A stretch of 64,000 nucleotides of DNA, taken from NCBI GenBank assembly GCA_018898455.1, contig JAHIJO010000014.1, forward strand, positions 1,560 through 65,559, in the 5' to 3' direction. Below, piece by piece: positions 27,503 through 36,753 of the stretch (positions are counted from its first letter, which is position 1; each line of letters starts with the position of its first letter). The stretch is from Verrucomicrobiota bacterium. GTDB lineage: Bacteria; Verrucomicrobiota; Kiritimatiellia; JAAZAB01. The notes below the pieces were generated by a model. That model had not been told where the DNA came from and searched no databases. It worked only from the letters and a program-made list of their open reading frames with translations. The position numbers and the translations under genes are program-made.

Positions 27503-28597
27503 TTGATTCTGGATGGAACAAAAATTCAATGGCACACAGACCGGGTAAAAGCATGGATGAACGGAGAAAGAATTGCTCCGATTACAGTTGATATGGCATT
27601 GACAAGGGCTTGCAATTATAAATGCGAGTTCTATTATGGAAAGCTTCAAGAGAATCCGAGAATGAAAATAACCAAAGATACAATTTACCGTTTTCTTGAC
27701 GATGCAGCTGAGATTGGAGTAAAGGGGGTTAGTTTTGTAAGTGACGGAGAAAGTTCATGTGCCCCATTTTTTGTTGAAGCAATTATCAGAGGTAGCAAAA
27801 ATGGTTTGTCAATGGCTATGGCTTCGAATGGGCACCTGGTTACCAAAGAGAAACTGGAGCAAATACTTCTACATTTAACATATTTTCGCTTCAACATATC
27901 AGCGGGAGAATCGCGAAGATACGCTGATATTATGGGGGTTCCAGAATCATATATTTTCACAGTTTGCCAAAACATTCAAGATGCGATGGAGATTAAAAAC
28001 AAATACAATCTTAACGTAACTATTGGCATGCAAATGGTTCTTATGCCGCGGTATGGCGATCAAATTCTTCCGCTTGCAAAGCTAGGCTCAAAACTAAAGC
28101 CCGATTATCTTGTTATAAAACACACTTCTGACGATGAAAAGGGAAGCCTTGGCGTGAATTATAAAGGATATCGCGAATTATACAAAGACCTCAAAAAAGC
28201 TGAATCATTAAGCACGGATAAATATATTGTAAAAGTAAAATGGTCGAAAATTCAAGATGAAGGAAAAAGAAGATATAGCCAATGCTACGGCCCTCCTTTT
28301 TTAATACAACTATCAGGCGGTGGATTGGTTGCCCCCTGCGGAATGTTATTTGGCGAAGATTATCGTAAATATTGGATTGGCAATATAGTTGACCAGCCTT
28401 TCAAGGCAATTTGGAATTCCGAACGTTATTGGTCAGTAATGCATGAGATAGCTTCAAATAGATTTAATGCAAGAACAATGTGCGGATGTTTATGCGTTCA
28501 ACACAAATCAAATGAATTCCTTTGGGATTTGAAACAAGGGAAGGCAACCATGGGGCATCCCGTCGGGTCAGCGCCGATGCATATCAACTTTGTATAG
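27503..28597 (+). CDS. Radical SAM/SPASM protein with a degenerate CxxxCxxY motif (possible pseudogene)
   Basis: RACNYKCEFYYG; SPASM-like CYGPPF...VAPCG...IGN...CGCLC; the best RBS/ATG (27466) is out of frame. Confidence 0.7.
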   Translation: MILDGTKIQWHTDRVKAWMNGERIAPITVDMALTRACNYKCEFYYGKLQENPRMKITKDTIYRFLDDAAEIGVKGVSFVSDGESSCAPFFVEAIIRGSKNGLSMAMASNGHLVTKEKLEQILLHLTYFRFNISAGESRRYADIMGVPESYIFTVCQNIQDAMEIKNKYNLNVTIGMQMVLMPRYGDQILPLAKLGSKLKPDYLVIKHTSDDEKGSLGVNYKGYRELYKDLKKAESLSTDKYIVKVKWSKIQDEGKRRYSQCYGPPFLIQLSGGGLVAPCGMLFGEDYRKYWIGNIVDQPFKAIWNSERYWSVMHEIASNRFNARTMCGCLCVQHKSNEFLWDLKQGKATMGHPVGSAPMHINFV

Positions 28598-28687
28598 CCT
28601 GAAGCAGGATTGCCCAGAGGGTTTTCCTGTAATCTGACCATGCCGTTCTAATCCAATAAAACAAACGGGAAGGTTTGATCTGCACGT

Positions 28688-29968
28688 ATGCCAGTCAAGA
28701 AGTTGATTAATTCACCGATCTTCTATTTTATACGGGGATATTTTACCGGAGATAATGTGGCTTACTATCTGCCGGCAAAATATCTCTGGACGGTTTGCAA
28801 TGTAACCAAAACCGGATTTCACCAACCGGTCTATGATTTTAAGCTGGATGGCCCGATCACGTTGGATTTCATGTTTTATCCGGAACAGCCACAACACAAG
28901 TATTTTAAAAAACCGGACTGGATCAACGAGTTCATTGTAGCTGGTGACACGGTCGCAGCACAACAGATCGCTGGACACTATGACTATTGCATCAATAATT
29001 ATCGCAATCGTGGCGCACAACCGGCCGAATTGAACTGGGGATATCCACCCGGCATGCAAGCGATCGAGCTATATGCTTACCCCTATTCCTATAAAGCTAT
29101 TTACGAACAGAGCATTTATCTTGACGACCTGTTTCTGACTGATGAATACCAGGAATATTTACAGTCGGTAAACCAGGCAGTCAATCCGGATCGGCGCCCG
29201 GTAATCGCCTTGCATCACCGCGGCGGCGATCGTTGGAAACGCCATCTGCCGAACAGCGCCGCTCTTTCCGAAGTATTATTGCGCAATTTACTGGACGCCT
29301 ATCCGGAACATCAGATCGTGCTGCTGGGTGAATCCTGGCGCTATCATCGTCACCCAAGGATCAAATACCTTGAAGATTCCATCAATCTCCGCAATCTGAA
29401 AAAGCGATTCGAGGATTATTCGGCTTGTTTGCAATTTATCCTGGCTGCTTATTTTTGCCGCGATGCCGATATGGTATTTTGCGGCATATCCGGTTTTAGC
29501 GCTTTCATCGAAAGCATTCGTCCGTTGGATAAAACACCGCCGATCCCGATTTTCTGGGGACCAAAGACTTTTACCGGCACCTGTACCTTCATGAAAAAGA
29601 TGAACTGGAATTGCTGCGCCGAATTGGCCGATTACCGCAAAGCTCACCCCGAAGACGCAGCGTTTCTGCACGATACCCCGAATTTTCTTTATTACAATCG
29701 GAATGAAGTCCTGCTAAAGCCCTATTGTCTGGATTATCCTAATAACTTGGACAAAATATTTACCCTCCTGAAACAAATATCGGAAGTGAAGGAATATAAA
29801 ATTGAGATTCGCACTCTACAGCAGGGGTTTAGTGAACGGTTGATTACTTATTTCTGGCATTTCAAGTCGTATGTAAGGCTATTAAAGCGTTTATGTCAGA
29901 TTATATTTTTAGAAAAAGCGGGGTGGGGACGGATTATGCTAATCGTAAAAGAGTTAATGACGAAGTGA
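28688..29968 (+). CDS. Hypothetical protein, possible GT-B fucosyltransferase-like glycosyltransferase
   Basis: VIALHHRGGDRW (HxRxGD-like) and FCGISGFS motifs; glycan-cluster context. Confidence 0.4.
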   Translation: MPVKKLINSPIFYFIRGYFTGDNVAYYLPAKYLWTVCNVTKTGFHQPVYDFKLDGPITLDFMFYPEQPQHKYFKKPDWINEFIVAGDTVAAQQIAGHYDYCINNYRNRGAQPAELNWGYPPGMQAIELYAYPYSYKAIYEQSIYLDDLFLTDEYQEYLQSVNQAVNPDRRPVIALHHRGGDRWKRHLPNSAALSEVLLRNLLDAYPEHQIVLLGESWRYHRHPRIKYLEDSINLRNLKKRFEDYSACLQFILAAYFCRDADMVFCGISGFSAFIESIRPLDKTPPIPIFWGPKTFTGTCTFMKKMNWNCCAELADYRKAHPEDAAFLHDTPNFLYYNRNEVLLKPYCLDYPNNLDKIFTLLKQISEVKEYKIEIRTLQQGFSERLITYFWHFKSYVRLLKRLCQIIFLEKAGWGRIMLIVKELMTK

Positions 29969-30058
29969 ATATAATATTTACTCTCGCTATGCGGACGCAA
30001 GCTGAGCGACGGCAATTCCGTTTCCACTATTTTCCAATGAGGACGAAAGCGACGCTTA

Positions 30059-31795
30059 ATGAATTTTCTTTTTGTTAACCCAAAAGTGGCCGCACGTGGG
30101 CAGTATTATGATTTCCCTCTTGGCCTGGCGTATGTTTCCGCTTACATGAAACATTCGGGGTTCGCCACATACTGCCTTAACCTATGTCACGATGACAGCC
30201 CCATTGAGAGGCAGTTGCTTAATGCGATCACAAGTAACAACATAAATGTTGTGTGCACGGGCGGCATGTCGGTTAACTTCAATGCCATCAAAGAGGTCGT
30301 TCAGGCGGCCAGAAAGGTAAGTCCGGATATCAAGATTGTTGTCGGCGGAGCGGTTGTAACGGCGGATCCCGCTTTGGCAGCCGAGCTTTTGCAGTTTGAT
30401 TATGGGGTTGTCGGTGAAGGCGAAATCACTATGGCGGAATTGGCCGGTGTGCTAACCGGCAACGGAGATGCTTCACAAGTTGCAGGTCTGATCTATCGCG
30501 ATGGGCAGGGGAATTCCCGCGTGCCCGTGATAGAACGTCTGGATCGTTACATTACCACGGGGCAACGTCAGCCGATCATGGACTTGGATTCACTCCCCTT
30601 CCCGGATTGCGCGGGGCTTGGCTATGTCGAATATTTAAAGACTTTCGCGCCCAATTGCTCGAACAATATGTTTACCATCAATGACGCTCCGCGTGCTGCG
30701 TTTGTGATTGCCTCGCGATCATGCCCGTTCGACTGCACCTTCTGTTACCATCCGCTCGGAAGGAAATATCGGCAGCGGAGTCTCGACAGTGTCATGGCGG
30801 AAATCGATCACATGAAGCGGAAGTATGACATCAATGTTCTGGTACTGATGGATGAGTTGTTTTCCACTTCCATTGAACGGCTTCTCCTGTTCTGTAAAAG
30901 AGTAAAGGATTATCACCTCCAGTGGATGGTGCAACTCAGGGTTTCAGACGTGACCGAAGAAGTCCTTCGCGCCATGAAAGAATCAGGAGTGTATGCGGTC
31001 AGTTACGGCGTGGAGAGCATGAGCGACGACATTCTTAAGAGTATGAATAAGAAAACAACTTCAACCCAAATTGAAAAAGCCTTGAGTATGACACGTTCAC
31101 TAGGCATTGGCGTATTCGCGAATCTGATCTTTGGCGACCCGGAAGAAACGGATTTAACGGTGAAAAAGTCACTAGACTGGTGGTTTGCCCATATTGAGTA
31201 TGGCGTCACGCTGTATATGATCAGGGTTGTTCCAGATTCGCCCATCTATAGATATGCGCTGGAAAGCGGCATTATCAAGGATAAGGCAAAGTTTATGAAG
31301 GATGGTTTTCCGATCATAAACATAAGCAAACTCTCGCCCTCCGCCTTTACTCGTCTCTGTCATCTCATAGACTGGTATACCTTTGCGAAAATTCCAGGTC
31401 AACCGGGGCAGGTCATGCAATCATCCGTGATAGGCTGGGACACCTTTAACCGGCGTATATATTCAGTTGATATCCTGTGTCCTCAATGTAATGCCCGGAC
31501 TACTTATACTAATCTAGCGCAGATGGACTACTTTGGTTTTAGGGGTTACCTTCAAGTGTTTTGCCGGAATTGTCACCACCGCGTGAATGTGTCGCCCAAG
31601 CAAGTGTTTGGTGAAAACTACAAGTTGAGAAATAATTCAATCTTCAGGTTCATCGCGGTGAATTCCATAGATATGCTTTTCCGGTCACGTATTATTTTTA
31701 CTATTTTGAACATTATTCGCCTCCAGTTCTTTGATATCCGTCGCTTGCACAGGCTTTTCCGGAAACTGGCGGTGTCCCGTCCTGCAGAAACATGA
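30059..31795 (+). CDS. B12-binding radical SAM protein with a C-terminal CxxC...CxxC
   Basis: PLGLAYV, GEGE, SRSCPFDCTFC, YGVES, LCPQC and FCRNC motifs. Confidence 0.9.
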   Translation: MNFLFVNPKVAARGQYYDFPLGLAYVSAYMKHSGFATYCLNLCHDDSPIERQLLNAITSNNINVVCTGGMSVNFNAIKEVVQAARKVSPDIKIVVGGAVVTADPALAAELLQFDYGVVGEGEITMAELAGVLTGNGDASQVAGLIYRDGQGNSRVPVIERLDRYITTGQRQPIMDLDSLPFPDCAGLGYVEYLKTFAPNCSNNMFTINDAPRAAFVIASRSCPFDCTFCYHPLGRKYRQRSLDSVMAEIDHMKRKYDINVLVLMDELFSTSIERLLLFCKRVKDYHLQWMVQLRVSDVTEEVLRAMKESGVYAVSYGVESMSDDILKSMNKKTTSTQIEKALSMTRSLGIGVFANLIFGDPEETDLTVKKSLDWWFAHIEYGVTLYMIRVVPDSPIYRYALESGIIKDKAKFMKDGFPIINISKLSPSAFTRLCHLIDWYTFAKIPGQPGQVMQSSVIGWDTFNRRIYSVDILCPQCNARTTYTNLAQMDYFGFRGYLQVFCRNCHHRVNVSPKQVFGENYKLRNNSIFRFIAVNSIDMLFRSRIIFTILNIIRLQFFDIRRLHRLFRKLAVSRPAET

Positions 31796-32008
31796 CAGGG
31801 ACGGCCAAAGAGATCGGGCGTCGTGAAATAACAGCACAATCACGACCGATAATCCATAGATATTGATTGCATCATACCGTGCCAGCGCCTGTTCCATATC
31901 GCCGCGTTACGGCTTTGATGCTTTGCATTCCCACATCTTAACCATTTTTACCTTTCTGCTTGCCTCCAAGCCCCTGCCTTGCCACAATTATGGTCTCGAA
32001 CGCATCTT

Positions 32009-33547
32009 ATGAATACGCAGGACAAGGCATTACGGATTCTCTTTGTTAACCCGCCACTTTCAATAGTGCGCGGGCATTTGTGCACCATGCTTAAGTTCCC
32101 CCTCGGCTTTCTCTATCTCGCCACACCCTTGGAGCGGGATGGGTTCGACGTCAAGATCCTCGATGCCCCGCTATATTACCGGACGACCACCACGGTGGAT
32201 GACAATACGGTCCGCATCGGAATGACGTTTGAACAAATCGCCGAAGAGATCCGGAGCTATGCGCCCCAGATCGTCGGCGTCAGTTGCGCCTATACCATGA
32301 GCGAAGCCGATTCGTTTGCCGTGATTGATTATATCAAGCAAAGGTTCCCATCGGTCCTGCTGGTGGTGGGTGGAGCGCATACTTCGGCGAATCCCGGCTA
32401 TGTTTTGAGGAATCGCAATATTGACTTGGCGGTGATCGGCGAGGGCGAATTGACCATGCTGGAAATTGCGCGGCAATTCCGGTCCGGCAAGTCGCTCCAG
32501 GATATCCCGGGCACAGCCCTTGTCATTGAGGGACAGGTGCGGATCAACGAACGCCGCGAATACATGGCCGACCTGGATGAGTATGGCGCGAGCTGGCACC
32601 TGCTCGATATGGCGCAATATTTCGCGCATCCCAACAATGCCGACGCCACCCTGCGGCGCAATGCGGTGGACTTGGTCACCAGCCGCGGATGTCCGGGAAA
32701 GTGTGTCTTTTGCTCCATTCATACGGTCTGGGGACGCAAGTGGCGGGCCCGTTCGCCCAAAAACGTGGTGGACGAAATGGAGTTGCTTTGCCGCCAATAC
32801 GGCGCGCGGCAATTCCGCATCCAGGACGACAATCTGACCCTGGATAAGCGGCGGATTATAGAAATATGCGATGAAATCGTCCGCCGCAAGCTTGATATCC
32901 GCTGGGACACGCCGAACGGCATCGCATTGTGGACGTTGAACGAGGATGTTCTGAAGAAAATGAAGCAGGCCGGCTGTTACCGCGTGACATTCGGTATCGA
33001 GTCCGCATGTTCCCGTACCCAGCAATACATCGGCAAGATTGTCAATCTCCAGCGGATCAGGGATATTGTAAATTACTGTCACCGCATTGGCTTATGGATC
33101 TGCGGCACTTTTATCATCGGGTTTCCCGATGAGACCCGTGATGAAATTCGGGAAACTGAGCAGTTTATCGTAAAATCACGGTTTAATTTTCCCTTCATCT
33201 ATGTAGCGCAACCGATGCAGGGGACACGGCTGTACGAGGATTTCAAGGCCCACAACCTTCTGCCTGACGAATTCCGTCCCATGAGTTCCGTTGATCAGAC
33301 GCGCTATGACACCCTGCACTTCAATCAGTCTGAATTGAATGACATGGTGCGCAATATTTACATGAGGTTTTACAGGCATAAAGCTCTGTCCTATTTGAAT
33401 CCCCTGCGGTGTTACCGCGAATTCCTTTCGAAAATAAGATCCCGGGAAGACCTGAATTATGTACTGCGCATGGCCGTGGCAATCTGGTATCCTCTCCGGT
33501 TGAAAAAGTTTGCCAAAAAACATGCTGTTGACCAGGTTGGGGAATGA
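32009..33547 (+). CDS. B12-binding radical SAM protein
   Basis: PLGFLYLA, GGAH, GEGE, TSRGCPGKCVFC and FGIES motifs. Confidence 0.92.
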   Translation: MNTQDKALRILFVNPPLSIVRGHLCTMLKFPLGFLYLATPLERDGFDVKILDAPLYYRTTTTVDDNTVRIGMTFEQIAEEIRSYAPQIVGVSCAYTMSEADSFAVIDYIKQRFPSVLLVVGGAHTSANPGYVLRNRNIDLAVIGEGELTMLEIARQFRSGKSLQDIPGTALVIEGQVRINERREYMADLDEYGASWHLLDMAQYFAHPNNADATLRRNAVDLVTSRGCPGKCVFCSIHTVWGRKWRARSPKNVVDEMELLCRQYGARQFRIQDDNLTLDKRRIIEICDEIVRRKLDIRWDTPNGIALWTLNEDVLKKMKQAGCYRVTFGIESACSRTQQYIGKIVNLQRIRDIVNYCHRIGLWICGTFIIGFPDETRDEIRETEQFIVKSRFNFPFIYVAQPMQGTRLYEDFKAHNLLPDEFRPMSSVDQTRYDTLHFNQSELNDMVRNIYMRFYRHKALSYLNPLRCYREFLSKIRSREDLNYVLRMAVAIWYPLRLKKFAKKHAVDQVGE

Positions 33548-33707
33548 ACAACCTCCACAACCCTGTCAAATTCCCTGGGTCTTCCGCAGTTACATGACGT
33601 GAAATGCGGAGAGAGTTGCAATAGGATTTACAGGATTGCCCTGTCTGCGGCAAAAGGGGCCACTTGCCTGGCGACGTGGTAAAATGGAATACTCGGATAG
33701 GATTTTA

Positions 33708-34153
33708 GACAGGATTAACAGGATTTACATGATTGTCTGATCATGGAATACAAGGAATTAACGGAAAAGATAATTGGTTGCGCCATGAAAGTGCATCAGG
33801 CGCTCGGTCCGGGGTTCCTGGAATCAGTCTATCAGAAAGCGTTAGCTCATGAACTCTGTAAGGCGGGTCTTGCCTTCGAATGTGAAAAGGCCATCCAAGT
33901 TCTCTATGACAGCGTGATCGTTGGCGACTTTTCTGCCGACATGCTGGTTGAAGGCACTGTCATGGTGGAAAATAAATCAGTCCAATCCCTCGTCGCGGCC
34001 CACGAAGTGCAATTAGTGAACTACCTGACCGCCACCGGCATTGAAGTGGGTCTCTTGCTGAACTTTGGCGCAGCCAGTTTGGAAATCAAACGCAAGACCC
34101 GTACCTACCGTCCAAAATCGCCTTAAAATCCTGTAAATCTTGTTAATCCTGTC
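33708..34153 (+). mobile_element. Inverted-repeat-bounded GxxExxY cassette 3
   Basis: GACAGGATTAACAGGATTTACATGATT (33708-33734) / AATCCTGTAAATCTTGTTAATCCTGTC (34127-34153), 25/27 complementary; the right arm starts immediately after TAA. Confidence 0.7.
33743..34126 (+). CDS. GxxExxY (PDDEXK_3) nuclease-family protein
   Basis: LGPGFLESVYQKAL, ADMLVEGTVMVENKS, QLVNYL and GLLLNFG motifs. Confidence 0.95.
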   Translation: MEYKELTEKIIGCAMKVHQALGPGFLESVYQKALAHELCKAGLAFECEKAIQVLYDSVIVGDFSADMLVEGTVMVENKSVQSLVAAHEVQLVNYLTATGIEVGLLLNFGAASLEIKRKTRTYRPKSP

Positions 34154-34198
34154 AAAATTCATGAAATAGTATGCCGGAAAACAAGAAGGGATGGATAT

Positions 34199-34879
34199 AT
34201 GAATCTGCTGCGTATGATCAAGCGAGTGATACTTAAAAGCGGATTCCCTCCGTCTAAACGAGTGGACTTTTGTAACGCGCTCTTATCTCTCGGGCAATGG
34301 CTGAAAGCAAATCCAGCGCCCATCCATTTGGAAAGCAGGGAAAAACTGTATGAATACGTTGCCGGCAAGATGAATGGGGAGCCGTTTGACTACATTGAAG
34401 CCGGCGTTTTTCGCGGCGACTCAATTCGATATTGGGCCCAACTATCAAGTTGCCCGGGATCGCGATTCTTTGGATTCGATACATTTACCGGCCTTCCCGA
34501 AGCCTGGCATGCCGGTCTTACTACGTTCAAGATTGGTCATTTCGACGCTGGGGGCGCCTTGCCGCTGACCCAAGATGAACGCGTTCGTTTTATCAAAGGC
34601 CGCTTCCAGGATACGGTTCCGGATTTCCTCCGTACCTATTGTCGCCCGAAGAACTTAATAATTCATTGTGACGCGGATCTCTATACCTCAACGCTATACT
34701 TCCTGGCGTCCTTCCATAACGTTATGACCGCTGGAACCTACCTGCTGTTCGACAATTTCTCGGTTGCCCCCCACGACTTTCGAGCGTTTTCTGACTATAC
34801 CCAGTCGTTCTGCCGCGCCTATGACGTCGTGGCGACCGCGGAAGTCGACTTCGAAAAAATTGCGTTTCTCTTGAAGTAG
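34199..34879 (+). CDS. TylF/MycF/NovP-related O-methyltransferase
   Basis: EAGVFRGDS, GFDTFTGLPE, KGRFQDT and HCDADLYTST motifs. Confidence 0.88.
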   Translation: MNLLRMIKRVILKSGFPPSKRVDFCNALLSLGQWLKANPAPIHLESREKLYEYVAGKMNGEPFDYIEAGVFRGDSIRYWAQLSSCPGSRFFGFDTFTGLPEAWHAGLTTFKIGHFDAGGALPLTQDERVRFIKGRFQDTVPDFLRTYCRPKNLIIHCDADLYTSTLYFLASFHNVMTAGTYLLFDNFSVAPHDFRAFSDYTQSFCRAYDVVATAEVDFEKIAFLLK

Positions 34880-34952
34880 AAACGGAGATGAATCTGCTTC
34901 CAATCCTGCCCGTGACAGCGTAGGATAACAATAAACAAAAGGATAAAGACTC

Positions 34953-35180
34953 ATGACCACAGCTACGATCAATATGAAACTTGACGCGGACACGGCCAGT
35001 ATCTTTACGGAGGCGCCGGCAGAGGACCGCAATAAACTCTGTGTTCTGTGGAGCGTGTTATTGCGGGAATATAAGTCGGCCCCCATGCCGTTAAGCAAGC
35101 TCATGGATCAGATCGGCGCCAGGGCAAAGGCACGCGGGCTGACTACCGATAAACTGGAATCCATTCTCGATGCCGACTAA
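34953..35180 (+). CDS. Putative antitoxin of a PIN-type toxin-antitoxin pair
   Basis: LMDQIGARAKARGLTTDKLESIL C-terminus; overlaps the PIN fragment start. Confidence 0.65.
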   Translation: MTTATINMKLDADTASIFTEAPAEDRNKLCVLWSVLLREYKSAPMPLSKLMDQIGARAKARGLTTDKLESILDAD

Positions 35181-35385
35181 ACAGCTAACCAAAGCCGTTG
35201 CAGACTGTCGCGATCCGAAAGACAACATGTATCTTGAGCTTGCCAATGAGGCACGGGCTTCATGTATCATCACGGGTGACAAGGACTTGCTCGATCTCCA
35301 TCCGTATCGAGGCATTGCCATTCTGACTCCCAAGCAGTTCTTCGATGGTTCCCCAGAATCCGATGTTGCAGGTTATTTCCACTGA
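35170..35385 (+). pseudogene. Internally deleted PIN-domain toxin
   Basis: Only the C-terminal CRDPKDN..LELA...IITGDKDLL...ILTP part remains; the N-terminal DTN motif is missing. Confidence 0.75.
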
Positions 35386-35418
35386 TCACGATTCTGTAAA
35401 TCACACGAGGAGTCGAAG

Positions 35419-36195
35419 ATGAAAATTCATTTATTTCATATTTACCCCCTGGGCTTGATCCGCATCTTTTACCAGCTTTGGGCGGGCTTGAAATTGTGCC
35501 GGAAATACGGCGTGCCGTTGCGCCGCTACGTGCCCCTCTGCATTAACCCGATGACCTCGGTGTATAATGCCGACCGGATCCTGGCCGACCAGCCTCGTCC
35601 GCGGACGATCATTGATGTCGGCGCCAACGAAAGCCAGATGGCGCGCCTGCTCAGCCTGATAGCCGAACCCGGTGCGCGGGTGCTGTCCTTTGAGCCGATC
35701 CCTGCCCTGAACCCCATCGGGCAGCGGTTCACCCAGGCGCTTGCCGATACGGATGGGACGGCGGACTTTTTTATTCCCGGCAAGAACGATGCTGAATTGG
35801 GAAGTCTGTATTCCGACGTGGTCAGCCGGCCGGGGCAGGAAGGGCGGACAATCCAGGTCCAGACCGCCCGGTTCGATACGCTGGTGTCCAAGGGGGTGGT
35901 TTCCTGGCCTGAACTGCAACGGCCGATCCTGTTAAAACTGGACACGGAGGGCAGTGAACTGAAAGTATTGAAGGGGTTCGGAACATTTCTTCGAGATGTG
36001 GATTATGTCCTGACCGAGGTGGAAAATGATGACGCCCGCGGCCGTCATTACGACCTGATGGAATTGTGCCGCCGGCTGGAGGAAGCGGGCTTCAATCGCT
36101 CCCGCCTGACCCATGCCTGTTTCTGCGGGACCACTGTCCCATCTTATTTTGACCTGCTCTTCTGGCGCGCGCCGGAACAAAATCCACCCACCTGA
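35419..36195 (+). CDS. FkbM family methyltransferase
   Basis: IIDVGAN, SFEP and LKLDTEGSELKVLKG motifs. Confidence 0.88.
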   Translation: MKIHLFHIYPLGLIRIFYQLWAGLKLCRKYGVPLRRYVPLCINPMTSVYNADRILADQPRPRTIIDVGANESQMARLLSLIAEPGARVLSFEPIPALNPIGQRFTQALADTDGTADFFIPGKNDAELGSLYSDVVSRPGQEGRTIQVQTARFDTLVSKGVVSWPELQRPILLKLDTEGSELKVLKGFGTFLRDVDYVLTEVENDDARGRHYDLMELCRRLEEAGFNRSRLTHACFCGTTVPSYFDLLFWRAPEQNPPT

Positions 36196-36300
36196 TCCGT
36201 TCAATGACGATACGGCGCTTCTGGGTTTCGCGTTGGATTTTTCATTGACTCAAAACAGGAATCGATACCATATTAACGGTTAATCATGGCTCGCTCTTTG

Positions 36301-36712
36301 TCCGTCATTCCGAGCGAAGTCGAGGAATCTCATGTCCCGCGAGGCATTTTACGTTTACATGATGACCAACAAGGGACAGACGACGCTGTATATCGGAGTC
36401 ACGAACAGCCTGGTGCGTCGGGTGCATCAGCATCGATCGGGTGACGTGTCCGGGTTCACGGAACGATACAACCTGAATCGTCTTGTGTACTACGAGCAGT
36501 ACAACGATCCGCGGGATGCGATTGCGCGAGAGAAGCAGCTGAAGCGTTGGCGCAGAGAGAAGAAGGAGGCCCTGATCGGAAAGATGAATCCGACGTGGGC
36601 GGATTTGGCCGAGAGTGTGCTCGGCCTCGGGTCGGCACCCGCGCCGGGGTGGAAGAGAACGGAGATCCCTCGACAAGCTCGGGATGACGGATGTGGAAGC
36701 TCGGGATGACGG
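36301..36712 (+). mobile_element. Inverted-repeat-bounded GIY-YIG cassette
   Basis: TCCGTCATTCCGAGCGAAGTCGAGGAATCTC (36301-36331) / GAGATCCCTCGACAAGCTCGGGATGACGGA (36662-36691), plus a partial arm duplicate at 36697-36712. Confidence 0.7.
36332..36709 (+). CDS. GIY-YIG nuclease family protein
   Basis: FYVYMMTN...LYIGVTNSLVRRV.QH, AIAREKQLKRWRREKK and NPTWADL motifs. Confidence 0.93.
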   Translation: MSREAFYVYMMTNKGQTTLYIGVTNSLVRRVHQHRSGDVSGFTERYNLNRLVYYEQYNDPRDAIAREKQLKRWRREKKEALIGKMNPTWADLAESVLGLGSAPAPGWKRTEIPRQARDDGCGSSG

Positions 36713-36753
36713 CAGGGGCAGGGGGATATCGCCAATGCTTATCCTTCCGTGTC

